Origin: Atractiella rhizophila | Lineage: Eukaryota | Direction: 5' to 3' | DNA: 64,000 nucleotides | Assembly (NCBI GenBank): GCA_021432655.1 | Contig: MU271184.1 | Location: 1-64,000, forward strand | Shown here: positions 26,453 through 40,300 of the stretch, piece by piece | How positions within the stretch are numbered: position 1 is the stretch's first letter | Layout of the letters: every line of letters starts with the position of its first letter | Program-made: the position numbers and the translations under genes | Notes under the pieces: generated by a model | The model's database searches: none | What the model was told of the DNA's origin: nothing | The model's input: only the letters and a program-made list of their open reading frames with translations

Positions 26453-27786
26453 TTAGACTGTTGGCTCAGAAGGCTCGTACAAGTCCCACATGATGTAGTC
26501 CTGCCCAATCGCAGAGACTCCTCGAAAGTACCCTAAATCAATACTGAGAATTTGAACCATTGTGAACAAGAAAACTAACGTCGGCTGGAGTAGTACCAGA
26601 CAACACAACCTTGGACCATGTACTCGATATATTTGTTGTATTTCGCGACCGCGGCATTGACCTTTGGACCCCAGTTCGGTAACTGCTTCTTCAGGTTCAC
26701 GTAGTCCTGGACCCGCTGAGCAATCATATCCACAAGCATGTCAAGCGCCGTCTGCAGGTCGACTTTATGATCGGCCATAATGATAGAGATCAGGTTTTGG
26801 TAGTCCCCATCCGCTTGCTCCTTGTTGAAGGAGCAGAGATCGTTAGGCCAAGTCAGGATGTCGTCGGTCGCGTCCGACATCGCCTTCATGACAGGATGCT
26901 CGAAGACATAATCGGGCACGTCCAGGTCGACAGAATACTCGGCGATGGCTTTAACGAGACCTGAGCCTATGGTCGCTCGTCGCATCAGAATGAACTCATG
27001 GATAGACTAGAGCCGCTCCTCCCGACGAAGGGTGCATTGCTCCATGTGCGAGTTGCTGTGGAGGTAATAAAACTCGATGAATCTGCAGATAACTCCAGGG
27101 GTGGCTGTCTTCTTCATGCGGCGTAGCAAGCTGAGTGGGATATTAGGGATGAGAGTGCAACAGAAAGAAAACGCACTGCCAAAGCATCGAAGCATAGGGG
27201 TACTCAGGTTCTGGGCTGTCTAGTTTGTTGATGATGCTCTGTTGGATCATATGCCCTAGAAATGAAGTGTAAACACGTCTGCAGGGTGTCGAGTTGGCAC
27301 CTACCCTTTTCGACTTCCTCTGGACGATTTGCTAGCTCGCCTTCGTCCGCAAGGTCATCAGCCTGTGTACAATTCAGTATATGGAAACGAAAGGCTCCTG
27401 CTGGGAAGCCGCTCACCACAAATGCCCAGAAGTAAAACATGAGACAAGTTTCGAGACGCTCAAGATCACAGTCGGGAAAGCTGATTCCGGCAAAAAAGTC
27501 GAACTGGCCTGCCAAAAACTTTCGTTTTTTCTTCTCGTCATAAATTGTATACCTGTCTATAATAGTTTAGGCGGAATCAGCACTGGACGGGAGCAACGCA
27601 CTGGGAAAACCACGTCGTTATTGTCTTGCTAGCCTCTACCCAGAGGGGGTTTTCTCCAAAGTCGAAAACCCGACCAGTAATGTTGCAAACATTCTAACGC
27701 TGCCTCGGTCATCTCGTCAGGTTTGAGGAAGGGAGTCAAGGATGTACCTGTAAACGGATCTGACGGGGGAAAGTGCTTCGGTTCAT
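26453..27786 (-). pseudogene. Class I terpene (probably sesquiterpene) synthase, basidiomycete type, with one in-frame TAG at 27007-27009
   Basis: Spliced model MNRSTFPRQIRLQ|NVCNITGRVF..NPLW..FDFFAGISFPD..FWAFV|ADDLADEG (DDxxD) ..MRRATIG..WPNDLCSFNKE (NSE/DTE) ..WYYSSRR|YF (WxxxxxRY). ATG at 27784-27786, TAA at 26453-26455. Confidence 0.92.
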
Positions 27787-28678
27787 TGGGAGAGCCAGCT
27801 AGAAAGGAGAAGCCGAGGGAAAGGAGGAGTCTGGGGAAGAGCGAAAAGTGCAGGAACAAGCTGGCCTCTTTATAACTGATCATCAATGGACTGTATCTGA
27901 AGTATAACTTTGATGGTTTGCAAGGTTAGAACTCTGCTTTTCAACTGTGTCCTCGTCATCGCTCATCAAGAAATTGCGGTGCTTCGAGATGGTTCAAATT
28001 ACTCCGAGGAAGCTGTCAAAGGACCCCGGAATATCCGCTCAGAGCTCAGATCTGATTGTGTCCAATCTGAGTCAAAATTCCTTGGAGCTTAGGTTGTTTT
28101 GAGTCCAAAATGGAGTTTTTGGATGTCGTATCTTCGATGAGAATGTGTCCAAAATGGCCTTGTCTTCCGAGGTCCGATTGTCCAAATGAGGTAATCTCAT
28201 CAAGTTCCCACCACAGCATCATGCCTAAGTCGTACCAAGATCTTAATCTGTTTCTGGCCGCTGTTGGCGGCGAAGAAAATCGTTTAGCAAACCGCTGAAC
28301 AAGAAATGAGCTCTAGTCTCTTGTTAGCCTCTTCCATACATTCCCATTACATCTCGCTTATCTATGGGGCATCCTCTCAGCTCTCTATCCCTTGCGGCCA
28401 TACTCCATCTTACTGCCGTCATATCCACCAATTGATTGGGCCTGGGTGATACGCTGATTCGTGACGTGTGTCCCTCTTTCCATCACTAAACAATTTGTTC
28501 CTAAGCCATTAAGTCACATTCTGATCTTCTCCTGGCTATGGGACAACAAGCCAATACTTCCGACTTATGCTCACTTTGGGTTGGGAAGGGGCATTGTTGG
28601 AAAGATTTGCCAGAAGAAACCCGCTCCGCACTCCAGCGTGAATTTCTCTACGCAACGGTGGATCAAATTGAGAGCTTA

Positions 28679-31600
28679 ATGCCTCCGCCAACATTGACCC
28701 TCCAACAACTTCACAATCTACCCCTCCCTCAGAGATCTAGTACTCGGCTAATCTACCTATCGACACCTCCTAACCTTGTCCCTGCCAGTCATAAGGACAT
28801 CTGCAACAATTTCTTTCTCAATATCCCTGCCAATGATGGCAGTTTGTGGAACCAGTTGCAGCGGGAGGCCCTGCAGTCTTGTCTGGACGGAGCTCTCCCA
28901 TCCACTTTCTGGTTTGGATTCTCGACATCTGGCGACGATGGCAATACTCTGGTGGTTACCTTCAGGTTTGCGAGAAGTTGAGAAAGATCGTACAATGGAG
29001 CGATGGGGAATTAGATCAGCAAGAAAAAGATGCACTCGACTCAATACTCCGATCCGCTGCCTGGAAACGAGACTGGCTTGCTTTCAAGCTGACTGACCAC
29101 TCATCCGATACTCTTCAACTCTGCAGGACTCTTGGTTCAACAGCACCTTTGAAGAATGCTTTCGATCTCCTTCAACGTGCATCTTTCCAGGATGTTCAGT
29201 TATCCCCCCCAAAAAAGAACAAGCTTGCAACCAGAGGGAAAAAAGAAATCAAACGGAACAGAAAGCCGACCCAAAAATCTATCGGAGTAGATACCTCGGT
29301 GTTTTCGTCCAAGGAGCACTCTGACTTTCGAAACTTTCAGGAGAAGATATGGAACATTGATCCGGAGGCAATTTTCACAAATAGAGGTCGAGGAGTCCGG
29401 TGCAGTCGCTGCAATCATGTCATTGTCGTCCAAACTATTGGTGCCACAGTGCGATTTCGAGAACACCGTAAAAAGAAGATTTGCACCTTTGGTCCAAAGT
29501 CACTGAGGAATCAAGATGGTGCCCGAGACAACACCCGACTCGACTCTTTCTTTTCTTTGACTACCAGCTCCACTAAACCATCTCTTTCGAAGGTGATAGC
29601 CTTTAGACGCTCCGAGCGACCTGAACCTTGTCCAGGCCTTTCATCAAGTAAAGATCCGAAAATTGGAACGTACCTGGCGCGAACAAGTGTCGCAGGGGGT
29701 GGCAATCCTTCTATCGCCAAGCTTTCTGAGCATCTTTTCAAAAAGAGATACTGTGACCTCACTCTCCCTCAACAGAAACGTGTCAAAGCTCGAGCAACGC
29801 AACTCTTTCGTTGGCATAACTACCATGAGCTGGACCTTGTCTCTGCGGCCACCTGCAATAAGCAAACAACGAGATTTTCATCCGATGGAGCCCCTTTACC
29901 CTGCCTAGCATGCTTCAAGATACAGCAAGATCCAACCTTCATCTGTCGAATATCAGTCAAACTTCCCAAACCCCAGAACCGCAAGTTCACCCCAAAATGC
30001 TACCATAGCAACAAGCTGAACGAAATTTATCGATATCATGCTGACCTTGAGGAACTGCTTTCGGTTTGTCGCTTTGTTTGCTGTTCTAGAAGCAAGATTG
30101 ATCAGAATTCAGGATCCCAGCGACCCCTTTCTTACAATGGCTCGTCGCGCATCCAAAGGACATTTCCAAGATAGAAAGCCGTTCATAGGTTTAATCAAAG
30201 CCATGCTTCTCAAAGAAGAAAGGGAACAGAGCAGTAAAAAACTTAAAGGGATCATGAAATACAGCCCCGAATTCGACCAGTTCTGTCATCTTCTGGCTAT
30301 CACATCTCCTCATGCATACCGACTTGTTAGACAAACTTTTGCTGGTCATCATGAAAGGAGCTTCAGGTATGTAGATTCACAATCAGATTCCAGCACTATT
30401 GATACTATCCCTGGTAGGGCTATTCGCGCAAAAGACCCACGTTTCCAGCCAGAGATTACAGAGCGCAACTTTGTGATGGTAGCAGAACATTTACACAAAC
30501 TCGAATACACTGGTCCATTAGGGATCTCAGTCGATGACACCGAGTGCCACCCTGATGTGCGACCCTGGAGTGACGTTGTTGACGGGAAGAAGATTTGGTA
30601 CTTTGTTGGGGGAGTTGGGGAGCCAAGGGAGTTTATGGCGGAAACACTTGAACAGGTGCTGAGAGAGGTGCATGGTGGAGAGCTGGCAACCAAGGTCTGC
30701 TCATTATTGTTTACTTGAATCACTGTTGACAATTTACTAGATTCGTCTCTACCTTCTCATTATACCACTCCCGGATATTCCTCCAATCTTTCTAGCACTT
30801 CTGCCAATCTCATCTAAAAACACTGCCACTGCTCTCGCAACTCTGCAACGCGAACTGTTTGAGTTCATCGCCAAGCATCGTCTACGCGTCATCTCTTACT
30901 GCTCGGATGGAACAGAAAGCGAGCGCCAGGCGCAACACTTGTTTCACGCTTCCTATCCATCTGCTCAATATAGTATATCGGCGCCTTTCCTTCCAGGACC
31001 TCAGAAGGAGCTCACGTTCGAGGCTACGCACCACGACACCAAAGGGATTCTTCCACCTGCTGTGAAACTTCAGGATTGCAAACATGGCGTCAAAACTGCT
31101 CGCAACAACGGCACAACAGGCGCCCGTATTCTTGTGTTAGGAGACTATACTGTCCATTATGCCCAACTTCATGACATCACATTTTCAGAAACAAACCAGG
31201 GACCACTCCTTCATCACGACGTCGAAGGTAGTGATCGACAAGATGACCGTTCAGCTGCTCGCATATTCTCTGCTCCGCTTCTGGAGCACCTCGTAGAAAC
31301 TCGCTCTGAAGAGTTGGGTCTCATTGTTTACAACTTTGTCCATGGAGAATTGCTGGACGCATGGGAGAATCGAAGGCTACAGTTGATTGAGCGTGTGGAA
31401 ATGGCCTTGAGAGCAAAGTTCTTCCTTGCAGGTTGGAAGCAGTTTGTCGAAAGCCATCCTTTCTATACCACTTCTCGCCAATTCATCTCTCGCGAAGCCT
31501 ACGACATTTTCAACATCGAAGCAGATGGGTTGGTCACCCTCATCTTCGTTTATCGCCAATATTTTCCTGATTATCCCCTCCTTCCATGGCGTTTGACGAC

Positions 31601-33356
31601 GGAAACGAACGAGCACGCTTTTGCTGGAATGTGCACATGCATCAAGTCATTTCCTGTTGTTGATGCCTTGCTCATGGTACCAAAACTTCGCGTTCTGCTG
31701 GCCAGTGCCTTTCAGAATCTCTCGACTGTTGACCAGGCTACCACCATTGCCGCTGGCTATGATCACACTTATGCCACTTCAAAGGATATTGATCTTGTGG
31801 CTCTGGCACAGTCTCCGACCAATCTTGAGCTTGAAATGTGTGCCGAAGCCGCTTACCATGGTGCACAGTCCCTTCTGAGAGCACTTGGGATGATCATTTC
31901 TCCAGAACATGCTGAGCTGGCACACTCTGCGGTTGCTGATTACCTTTGTGGTGTGGACATGGACATTGACTGTCAAGAGGAGATTGGTTATGGTGAAGAG
32001 GAAAAGCCATCAAGCGGTTATAACGACGCTCAGCTGCAGTTGAAAGAGGTGCTACTACGAGCAGAAGACTATTTGTCAGCACGCGAAGGGACGATTCTGG
32101 ATAAAGACCAGGCTGAGAATGTCTTGTCCTTATCCTTTGGAGCAGTTTCTAGCCTCATTGCTCAAGAGAATTTAATGTAAGTGCTCTCGTGGTTTCTTGC
32201 CTTCACCATACTGACCAAGCAGAAACAGAAATGACTTAATATCAGAGAGTGAGGAAGACCTTCAAGTCTTGTCGCAGACGATAAAGAGGCATCTTCGAAC
32301 AACAATGCATTCTGACTGTGTATGCTTTTCCTCTTTAACCCATCGCTAGTAACACTAATCTCCAATCCAGGCCAATGCCGCCATGGCCACTAAGTCATTT
32401 GCAACATTCCTGTCAGCAGACAAGCATGATGCCTTAGATCTTAATCTTTTGGTTGCCTTGCGAAGGAAACATCAATCGCCAGAAATCTTGAAAGCTGTAC
32501 GACTTGTGACGAGCCCAACATCAGCCAAATCCTCTCAAGAACCTGACTCCAGTATCTCTCACGTCAACGGAAACCTTGCTGCGAGTTTAGCAGCAGTTCT
32601 TCCCCGATCAGAGGGAATCTTCAACTCCACTCAAAAGGTTTCTTCTGGGCTTGATAGGTCCATTCGTTGGGGAATGAAAGTTGCCGGCAAAGTGGCAATT
32701 GTGGCTGGGAATGGGACTCTTATTTCAAGCAAGGTAAGTGTCGCTCCAGTTAAGAAAGTGTGCTCATTCGATGCAATAGCTGGTGCCCCTGCGAGCAACC
32801 ACGTTTGGCAACCTTCCTGAAATAGCCAGGAACGGCCTCAGCTATGCCAACGTCACCGCTAATTACCCCTTGCCCTCAGCATCACTTGTGCTGTTCTATT
32901 CCGAAGTTGCTCGTGCACTTCATATTGGGGAAGGTTTGTATTTCTGTCCTTCTCCGGTGCGTACGCGAATAAGTTGTTTAGTTATCATGGCGACAAAAGG
33001 TCTGGTCGAGGACATGCGTGGGTGCCAGAAACCGCCAACGTCATGGCACTTTCCTACGTTGTCATCAGGGTCTACTTCCCCCTCAGTGCAGAACATGGGA
33101 TTTTCTGCACCAAATCACCACCATTATTTCACTCCACCTTTGTGCACTTGCCTGCTACTCATGTTATCAGTTCTCTGGATCAGTTCGACGCTGCAAAATT
33201 CCGCGATGATGAATTGATGGGCAAAGTGTGCACTCTTTCGATCGGAGCAAGGGGATTCCTTAGACAGTAAATGGAAGCGATGCTCTGAAGAATGGGACGG
33301 AAGCTTTCATTGCCGGATTGAAAAGAAGGAAGCAAGGACCGGTGGAAGATGAGTAA
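28679..33356 (+). mobile_element. P-element/THAP9-like transposase gene, multi-exon; element approximately 28050-33566
   Basis: GISVDDTEC (first D), YCSDGTE (second D), QDCKHGVKTARNN (DxxH), DRQDD and PLLPWRLTTETNEHAFAG (E). GTCCAA(A/T) short repeats at 28058-28190 and 33493-33566. Confidence 0.7.
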
Positions 33357-33566
33357 GTATGTTTGTTATAATTTAGGGTCACTGCTGGTTGTACACTTTC
33401 CAAATCGTCACCAAAATCTTTGCAAAAGCACATAGATTGCAATCTACACTGCATAAATACCTGGACTTCTTTCTAGAGGTCAGATTACCTGATGTCCAAT
33501 TTGCGTTCCAAAATTTAGGTTAGATTGGTGTGTGTCCAATTTGTGACCAGAGTCTTGCGTCCAAAA

Positions 33567-35600
33567 TAGGGATGGACAGCGAACCCGAAGCGTACTTACG
33601 CCGCCGATTCCGATGCAAGAACGAAGCCGATGGAAGCTTCTCGTTCTCTTCGGTTTACGATTCGACTACGATACGACTCCCAACACCATATCGAACGCCC
33701 TCCCATCCAATTTTACGATTCGGTACGATGTACGATTCAGAATGTAGCTTCGGACAATGAGAATCAAAGGTGTGCACTCCAATATTCTTTTGTTCACTTC
33801 CAAACTTGTTCCTACTTGTTCTAAAGTGTAGATTGCAGGCCACCTAGCTATATAAACGGGTCCTTGAGCCCTCTCTCCAATTATAAGGCATTCCCCCGTT
33901 ATCAACTACAGTCCCACCACTCCACCAATTATCAATGTCTGCATTGGGGAAGAGGGTTAGATCATCTGTTGACCTTGCGAAGAGGAACAATGAGGATGGC
34001 ACGGCAATTAGCGAGTCGAAGAGGAGGAAGAATGAAGAATCTGAGTGGGTGCTCCCTTATGTTTCCTTTCCCGATGTCACTAATCAGCCTCCGAGTAGAC
34101 ACATGAAGATACCTGGATACGATGCATTGAAGATTCTGCATGCTGCATCTTATACATTGAGGATTGACCGCAACATTGTCAGTGTTCTTTTTTTCCCCTT
34201 GTCAGCAGTCGAATTAGCTTAACTCTTCGACACAGCCGGATGGCACCGCATGTCTCGCTACCATTTGTCAAGGCCTCATGGGTCAAGTGTCATCACTTTT
34301 GGAGGACAATGACGAGCCGCTTCACCATGCCTTCTCCGGTTGGATCCCCAGTCTAGCCGATATAGGACGAAGACAGGGTCTCATTGCCTTCCGAGTCCTG
34401 TGGGTTGCGCTCATCAACATCGATGAACATTCCATCCCAGTCTATCTGCTGAATGCACGTAAGGCATCAATTTGCGCCGCTGCAATTCGGATTCATGCTG
34501 TACTTGCTCAACATGCCCTCGTCGCCGAAATTGGTGAGGATGATCTCGACGGCACTTATGACCCTCTGTTGGACAATAGCAGGTCAGCAAGAGATGATGA
34601 GCCAGATCCGATTGCAGTGGACATTGATGGGGAGGAGTTAGCAAAATCTCTTGAGCGGAATAAGAAGATGGACCCAAAGTCTAAAGGAAGACGAACAAGA
34701 ACTTTGGTTTGTATTTTCTTTCTCCTTCAATCATTGTTTGTATTGACTTATGTGAGCAGACTGCTGCCAACAATACGACGGCGACCTCGACGTTGAATCC
34801 CTCTTTGAGAGAAGTTGTCAACCTTGATGATGAAGAACCGAAAAGCCGTGTATGTGTTGTACAGCCTTTCTCCACACATTCTCCAACTGATTGACCTGTG
34901 TACAGCTACCTTCAAAGAAACGCAACCCGGTCTGGCTCTTCTACAAAGAGATCCCCAAGGCTCTGGCGCATAATGATGTTCAACATGGACATAAGAATGG
35001 AACGACGTACCTTGGATGCAACTTCTGTCGTTGGACCGGCCGCATTACCAAATCCAGCAACGGCAAGCTCACCCATCTCGAGGATCACCTTATCAATGCT
35101 CCGACCCACTTTAAACAAACTCGAACCCTCTTCAAAACGATGAAGACGAAAATCATGAATGGGATTCCCATCTCAGAGGAAGAGAGGGAGATGGCAACAC
35201 AGGGTCTGCCGGTGTGTATAGTTCCAACTTGTATTACATTGTATCCTAATAGTTCTATAGATATCTGATGGTATAGCTGAAGGGGCGAAGAAACAAAAAG
35301 ATATGGTGGATCATGTAAACACCATGCGTGCACGCTTTGGCGAACAGGTATGTCTTCACTGTACTGTGTCTATGCAACTCTGCTCTGACGCTTTTGTCTC
35401 TGCAGAGTTTCGATCAAATGAAGTTCGAAAATCTTTTGACAGAGTTCTTTGTTGCAACCGATCAGCCCTTCAACGTCTGACCCTTCGAATCCTGCCAACT
35501 CCTCCACGTCTTGTCCTTCAGATTCTCCTGTCATGCACGATCCCCCCTGCATGTCTGCAAAAACCATATCGGCCATCTAGATGCAGATGCAGTTCGTCAT
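33567..35600 (+). mobile_element. 5' part of a hAT element (left TIR, N-terminus and BED finger), truncated
   Basis: TAGGGATGG at 33567 followed by ACGAT-rich subterminal repeats. BED finger RNPVWLFY..GCNFC..SSNG..HLEDHL resembles the BED at ~20120-20290. Homology breaks off near 35600. Confidence 0.75.
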
Positions 35601-36252
35601 CCGACTCTTGATCTTCATTGTCCTCTGTTATGGCTTGATGGAGAGGAGAAAGAGGAAGGGTTGAGAGTGTCGGTGATCATCAGTTGGAGTATTTTTCGGG
35701 CTGAAAGGCAATTGGTGGTTGTCAGGTGAATGAATACGAGTGCGTACCTTCCTAGGCTTAATGCCGTTACATCCAACATGAGTTCTGCATGTTGTTCTTC
35801 TAGAGTCTCTTCTCTATCATCTCTCTGATCTTCAAGTGCTTGCTGTCTTCTTAAAGCAGATATGGCCACATAAGTTGCCAGCGGTATTTGGTTAAAGAAA
35901 TCCAGAGCCACCTGCAACTCTGAGATAATAGGAAGACCTTGTGAGTACAAACGTTGTGCGAGAGTGAGATCTTTTTAGCGATGCTGTCGAATAATTCTGG
36001 GATCTAGCCAAACCGGCTGTCCATTCTGCTTTTCATAACACTTTTTGGAATAGCAGAGACATGGCTCTTTGGCTCGCATTTTGATGCCAATTCTGCCATG
36101 GCATAAAGCTATTGGTAAAGAGGAGTTTTGAAGAGATTGCTTCTGATTTATTTGCAGATAAATGACTACCAGGCACCTTGTAGAATCATGTGTAGCCACA
36201 GTACAAAAAATACTCTTGTTTACTTTTCAAAACAGCCACTGACCTTCCCAAG

Positions 36253-37156
36253 ATGTCTTCAGGCTCAACACCACACACCACAGGGTCTAACAGCGACTTG
36301 TCAGCACTTTTGGGATCATCTCCTGGCTTTTATGGCCAAGGAACCTATTCACCCGCTCTCTCACTCAATCCCCTTGCACACGAAGCTCCACCAACTCCAA
36401 ATCTCTCCTTCAACAACTTTCAACTCCTCCTTAGTTCGCTCCTTGAAAATCAAGACAATCTCAAGGCTTGTATTGCTGAGGCGGACCAGGACAGAATGTA
36501 TCAACGAAGTAGAATTGTGGACTTCGAGGCAAAGAATCAGGAACTTCGAGTAAAGAACTGCGAACTGGATCGCCCACAAAATGTGTGTCTTTCTTGTTCT
36601 AATTTCATTTCAATGACAGCGTGGTGGAGTGTTTACAACACCACAACCAATGCATCACCCACCTGAATATCCAATCGAAGTGTTGTGCAATGAGAAAGAT
36701 GCAAAGGATGTGCCCGATGCAGAATGGAAGTCAAAAAAATCCAACCCGCTTTGCTAATTACCGTCTGCTGCGTAACCCAGATGGGTCCAAATATTCAGCA
36801 GATGAAGTCAGGCAGGTAGAGGGTGGGTTTTTACCCGTCGCGAGCGCTGTCATGTTGCAGAAAATCCCGGTGCACACTTTTCCAGATAAAAAACTGTCTT
36901 TTCCGTTTCTTAAAGGGCATCCGCATGTACTCCAGCTCGGTTGTCAATCTCTGAATTGGTCTATGTTATAATAACTGGAAGGCAAAGAAGCTCATTTAAA
37001 ACTATATTACGAATCGAAATGACGCTCGGAGAAAGAGGGAGAAAAAGGCTTGTCAAGAGCAAGAAATCAAGCAGACAGGACAAACACTTTGGTGTGTGTG
37101 TTCCTTTTGAATGTTCTTTGCTGAGAATGAATATGGTTTGTTATTCGACAGCCTGA
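36253..37156 (+). CDS. Hypothetical protein fragment (Ser/Pro-rich N-terminus plus coiled coil), possibly transposon-associated
   Basis: ORF 36253-36666 followed by exon-like ORFs. No recognisable domain. Confidence 0.3.
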
Positions 37157-37370
37157 AGTAGAAATTATTTCAAACTTGCATACACCAGTAAGCTTAGTTC
37201 CATATGCAACATAAAACTTTCTTTATTGGAGCCAGTACAGAGAAACATACAAAAATTGCCGATAACAACTGCAAGAAACCGGCCCCATGTTTGTCTCTTA
37301 CTTTGTTGGTTGATTGGTATTGATTACGGCTGCTAGGGAGCACTTCATCAGATTACCACCCACACGTCCC

Positions 37371-40300
37371 TAGAGATCTCGACGAGTTCGGTATTCGCGG
37401 GTACTCGAGCCACAGGTATTCGCACACAACGAGTTATGAAGCAGCAATCTTTAGCTATCTTGTGGGACGAATACTTGTCGTGCCGTGCAAAGGCTCTGCA
37501 AGAATCATGGCCGACGTTTGTGCGGGTACTTGTGACGGGTACCCACACCTCAAGGTTAAGTTTTCAAGTCTTGCAGCCTTCTTGCAGCTTGCAGAGCTCC
37601 AGTCTTCTTCGCAGAACGACCGTAGTGCATGAAACAACAATGCCAGGATGGAAGCACCATCATTTTTACAAAGGAGAGTCACCAAGGACTTTTGGCCACA
37701 GCAACTCAACCTCCAGTTTTCTCCCACCGACACCGCTTCCTCTCATCACCAACAATCTGCATTTCGAGCCCCTGCGTGGTTCATCATTCGAAGTTGGACA
37801 AGTTCTTCGAGTCCCGTTGAGGTTCGTGATGTTGGACAGCATGCATATTCGCTTGAAATTTCCGGCTCTTCCATTACGTTATGTGGCGGTACGTCTCTCT
37901 TACAAAAGCTTCGACTTACTCTGACTTGCAACTGAATCAGTGTTTTTATACTGCTATAATGTCTTCTCTTGAAACTGACACTCAAGATTCAGAAGATGCC
38001 ACCTCTCTTACATCTCCAGCTATTCCCAGCTCTCAGATCAAATCAAAGCCCGCTGCTCCTAATCCAAAAAGCCGAATGTTAAAGAAGGCTTATGACCCTT
38101 CACTCAAGTCTGATTCAGACCTTTCTGACGATGAAAATGACTTCTGTATGTCCCTTCAGCTCTTTTGATGATAAGATCTCATTTTGTTACTGTGCATTTA
38201 TGTGACAGGCCGCCGCAAGCGCAGTTAGGTTTCAGAGAAGACAAAAGAGCTTTACGCTCATTTTCGCATTGAGATTGTGCGGGATTTGAAGGGGTACAAG
38301 CGGCATACCCTCTCAGGAGAGTTGTATCTCGCATACTGTTGTAAAGAGTAAGTATTTATTTCCCTTCGTTCATTCGTCATCATGAGGCTAATGTAATGAT
38401 TCACTTGTAACAGGTCACCAGAAGGTCCTCTGCTCCTACGTGCAATCAACGACGTTACAACCACCAACCTTCGTAAGCACTTCAACAAGTGCATCCTTGA
38501 CCGACATCCCAATGCAAATAGTGACATTCGATCTGCTCTTAGCTGCACTTATACCCGAGCCACCTTCCGCATTCTGTCAACCGAATGGATTGTTGAGAGC
38601 GGACAGCCCTTCTCAATCCTTCAGGACCGAAAACTTCAAGATATCATGCACAAGCTTTACAATCGGTTCAACATCCATGGCCGGACGACCGTCTCTTCGG
38701 ATGTTAAGCAATACTATGCGCTTTCAAAAGAGATTGTTATAAAGGAACTGCAGGTCTGTTCTCTATTCATTTTGGGTACGTACTGAAAATTGTATGGGGA
38801 TGGCATAGACTCATCGGGTGCACTTCGCTCGACGACGGACGTATGGACTGCTTCTAATCGAACGAACCTTCTCGCATTGACCATACACTGGTACAAAGGT
38901 GGTGCGCTGCAGCAATTCCTCCTTGATCTAATCCCGTGAGTTTTCTCTTCTCACACATCGGCAGCCTGCTCATCGCTTGCACTCTATCACTCAGTTTGTT
39001 TGGCCGACACACTGGAGGTCTGCTTGCGAGGAGCATCGCAGCAACTTGGGACAAGTTCAAGATATGTGGAAATGTCGGTCTTTTCCGTCTACTGAGCTGT
39101 GGAACTGAATCCTTGCTCCCAGGTCATCACTCTCGGCGGTGATAGCGCGTCGAACAATCGCTCAGCCGCAGAAAGGCTCGACGATGAGGTGAAGCGCATC
39201 ACCGGGAAGAATACCTTTCTAGGCAAGTGTGCCTACTCTCGATGCTTAGGACATGTTCTGAATCTTGTGATGTTGGTACGCAGTTCTTTTTTTGACTTCT
39301 TCAGGTTCTGCGTGGTCTTTCTAACATAAATGTGAATAGGCAATGTATTCCTTATTCCTGTATAAACGTGGCAAGAGCGAAGATGATGTTGATGAAGAAG
39401 AGGCACTCTTTGGCGCGGTTCCTGAAAACGAAGTCGACGAAGGGGAGGATGATGCCGACGCTGAAGCTCTGCCCAATCAGATGGACAACATTTTGCATGG
39501 GATGGAGGATAGTGAAGAGAGTATGGATAGCATCAGTGACACCTTCGAGGTTTTGGCTAAGTTGACGGAGGAGGAAAGAAAAGCGGCTAAGTTTCTTTTG
39601 ACTAAGGTATGATTGTCCTCACTAATTCATTTCCTCGTACTGATGCTGAATGATGTCCCCTATAGATTGTGCGAATGGCAAAAGCAATCCACTTCTCCAC
39701 ACCGAAGGCTGAGCTGCTCAAGACCCTAGCAAAGGAGAATAACATTGAGTACAAAGAGCTGGTACGAGCTGTAAGGTATGTCCCACTTGCTCCACTGCCT
39801 ATTGTCATCAACTCTACTGATTCTTGGCCATAGGCACCGCTGGAATGCCTATCAACTGTGTCTTACCTCCCGTTACCCACCTTTGCAAAGCCATCAACGA
39901 GATTACGGGCCGAAAATACAAAGAACATGGTCTTACGAAATGGGACGCCGCGGACGAGGAATGGACGGTCTTAGATGATCTGAAGAAGTTGGGAAAGGTG
40001 AGTAACCCCATTAGTTGTCTGATTACAATCTAATATGCTGTGGGGTTATGAATAACCATTCTATGACTCAACTCTCTTTATCTCCCAGAAAGGAGTTCCT
40101 CTTGCACATCGTGTCATTCCGATCATGGATAAACTGCAAGCACACCTCGACAGGATTCATTCGGATGAGAAGATCTCAAAGATCGTGCGCCATGCTGTGG
40201 TTGCTGGCACGAAGGTCCTCAACAAGTATTACTTGCTCACTGACGATTCCCCTTTTTATCGCGTGGCAATGTGTAGGTTCTTCATTAACTTCATGTACAA

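Noticed and set aside
23118..33566. Composite hAT transposon carrying the terpene synthase between the TAGGGATGG ends
   Set aside because: The two ends point away from this interval (right end of the left element, left end of the right element).
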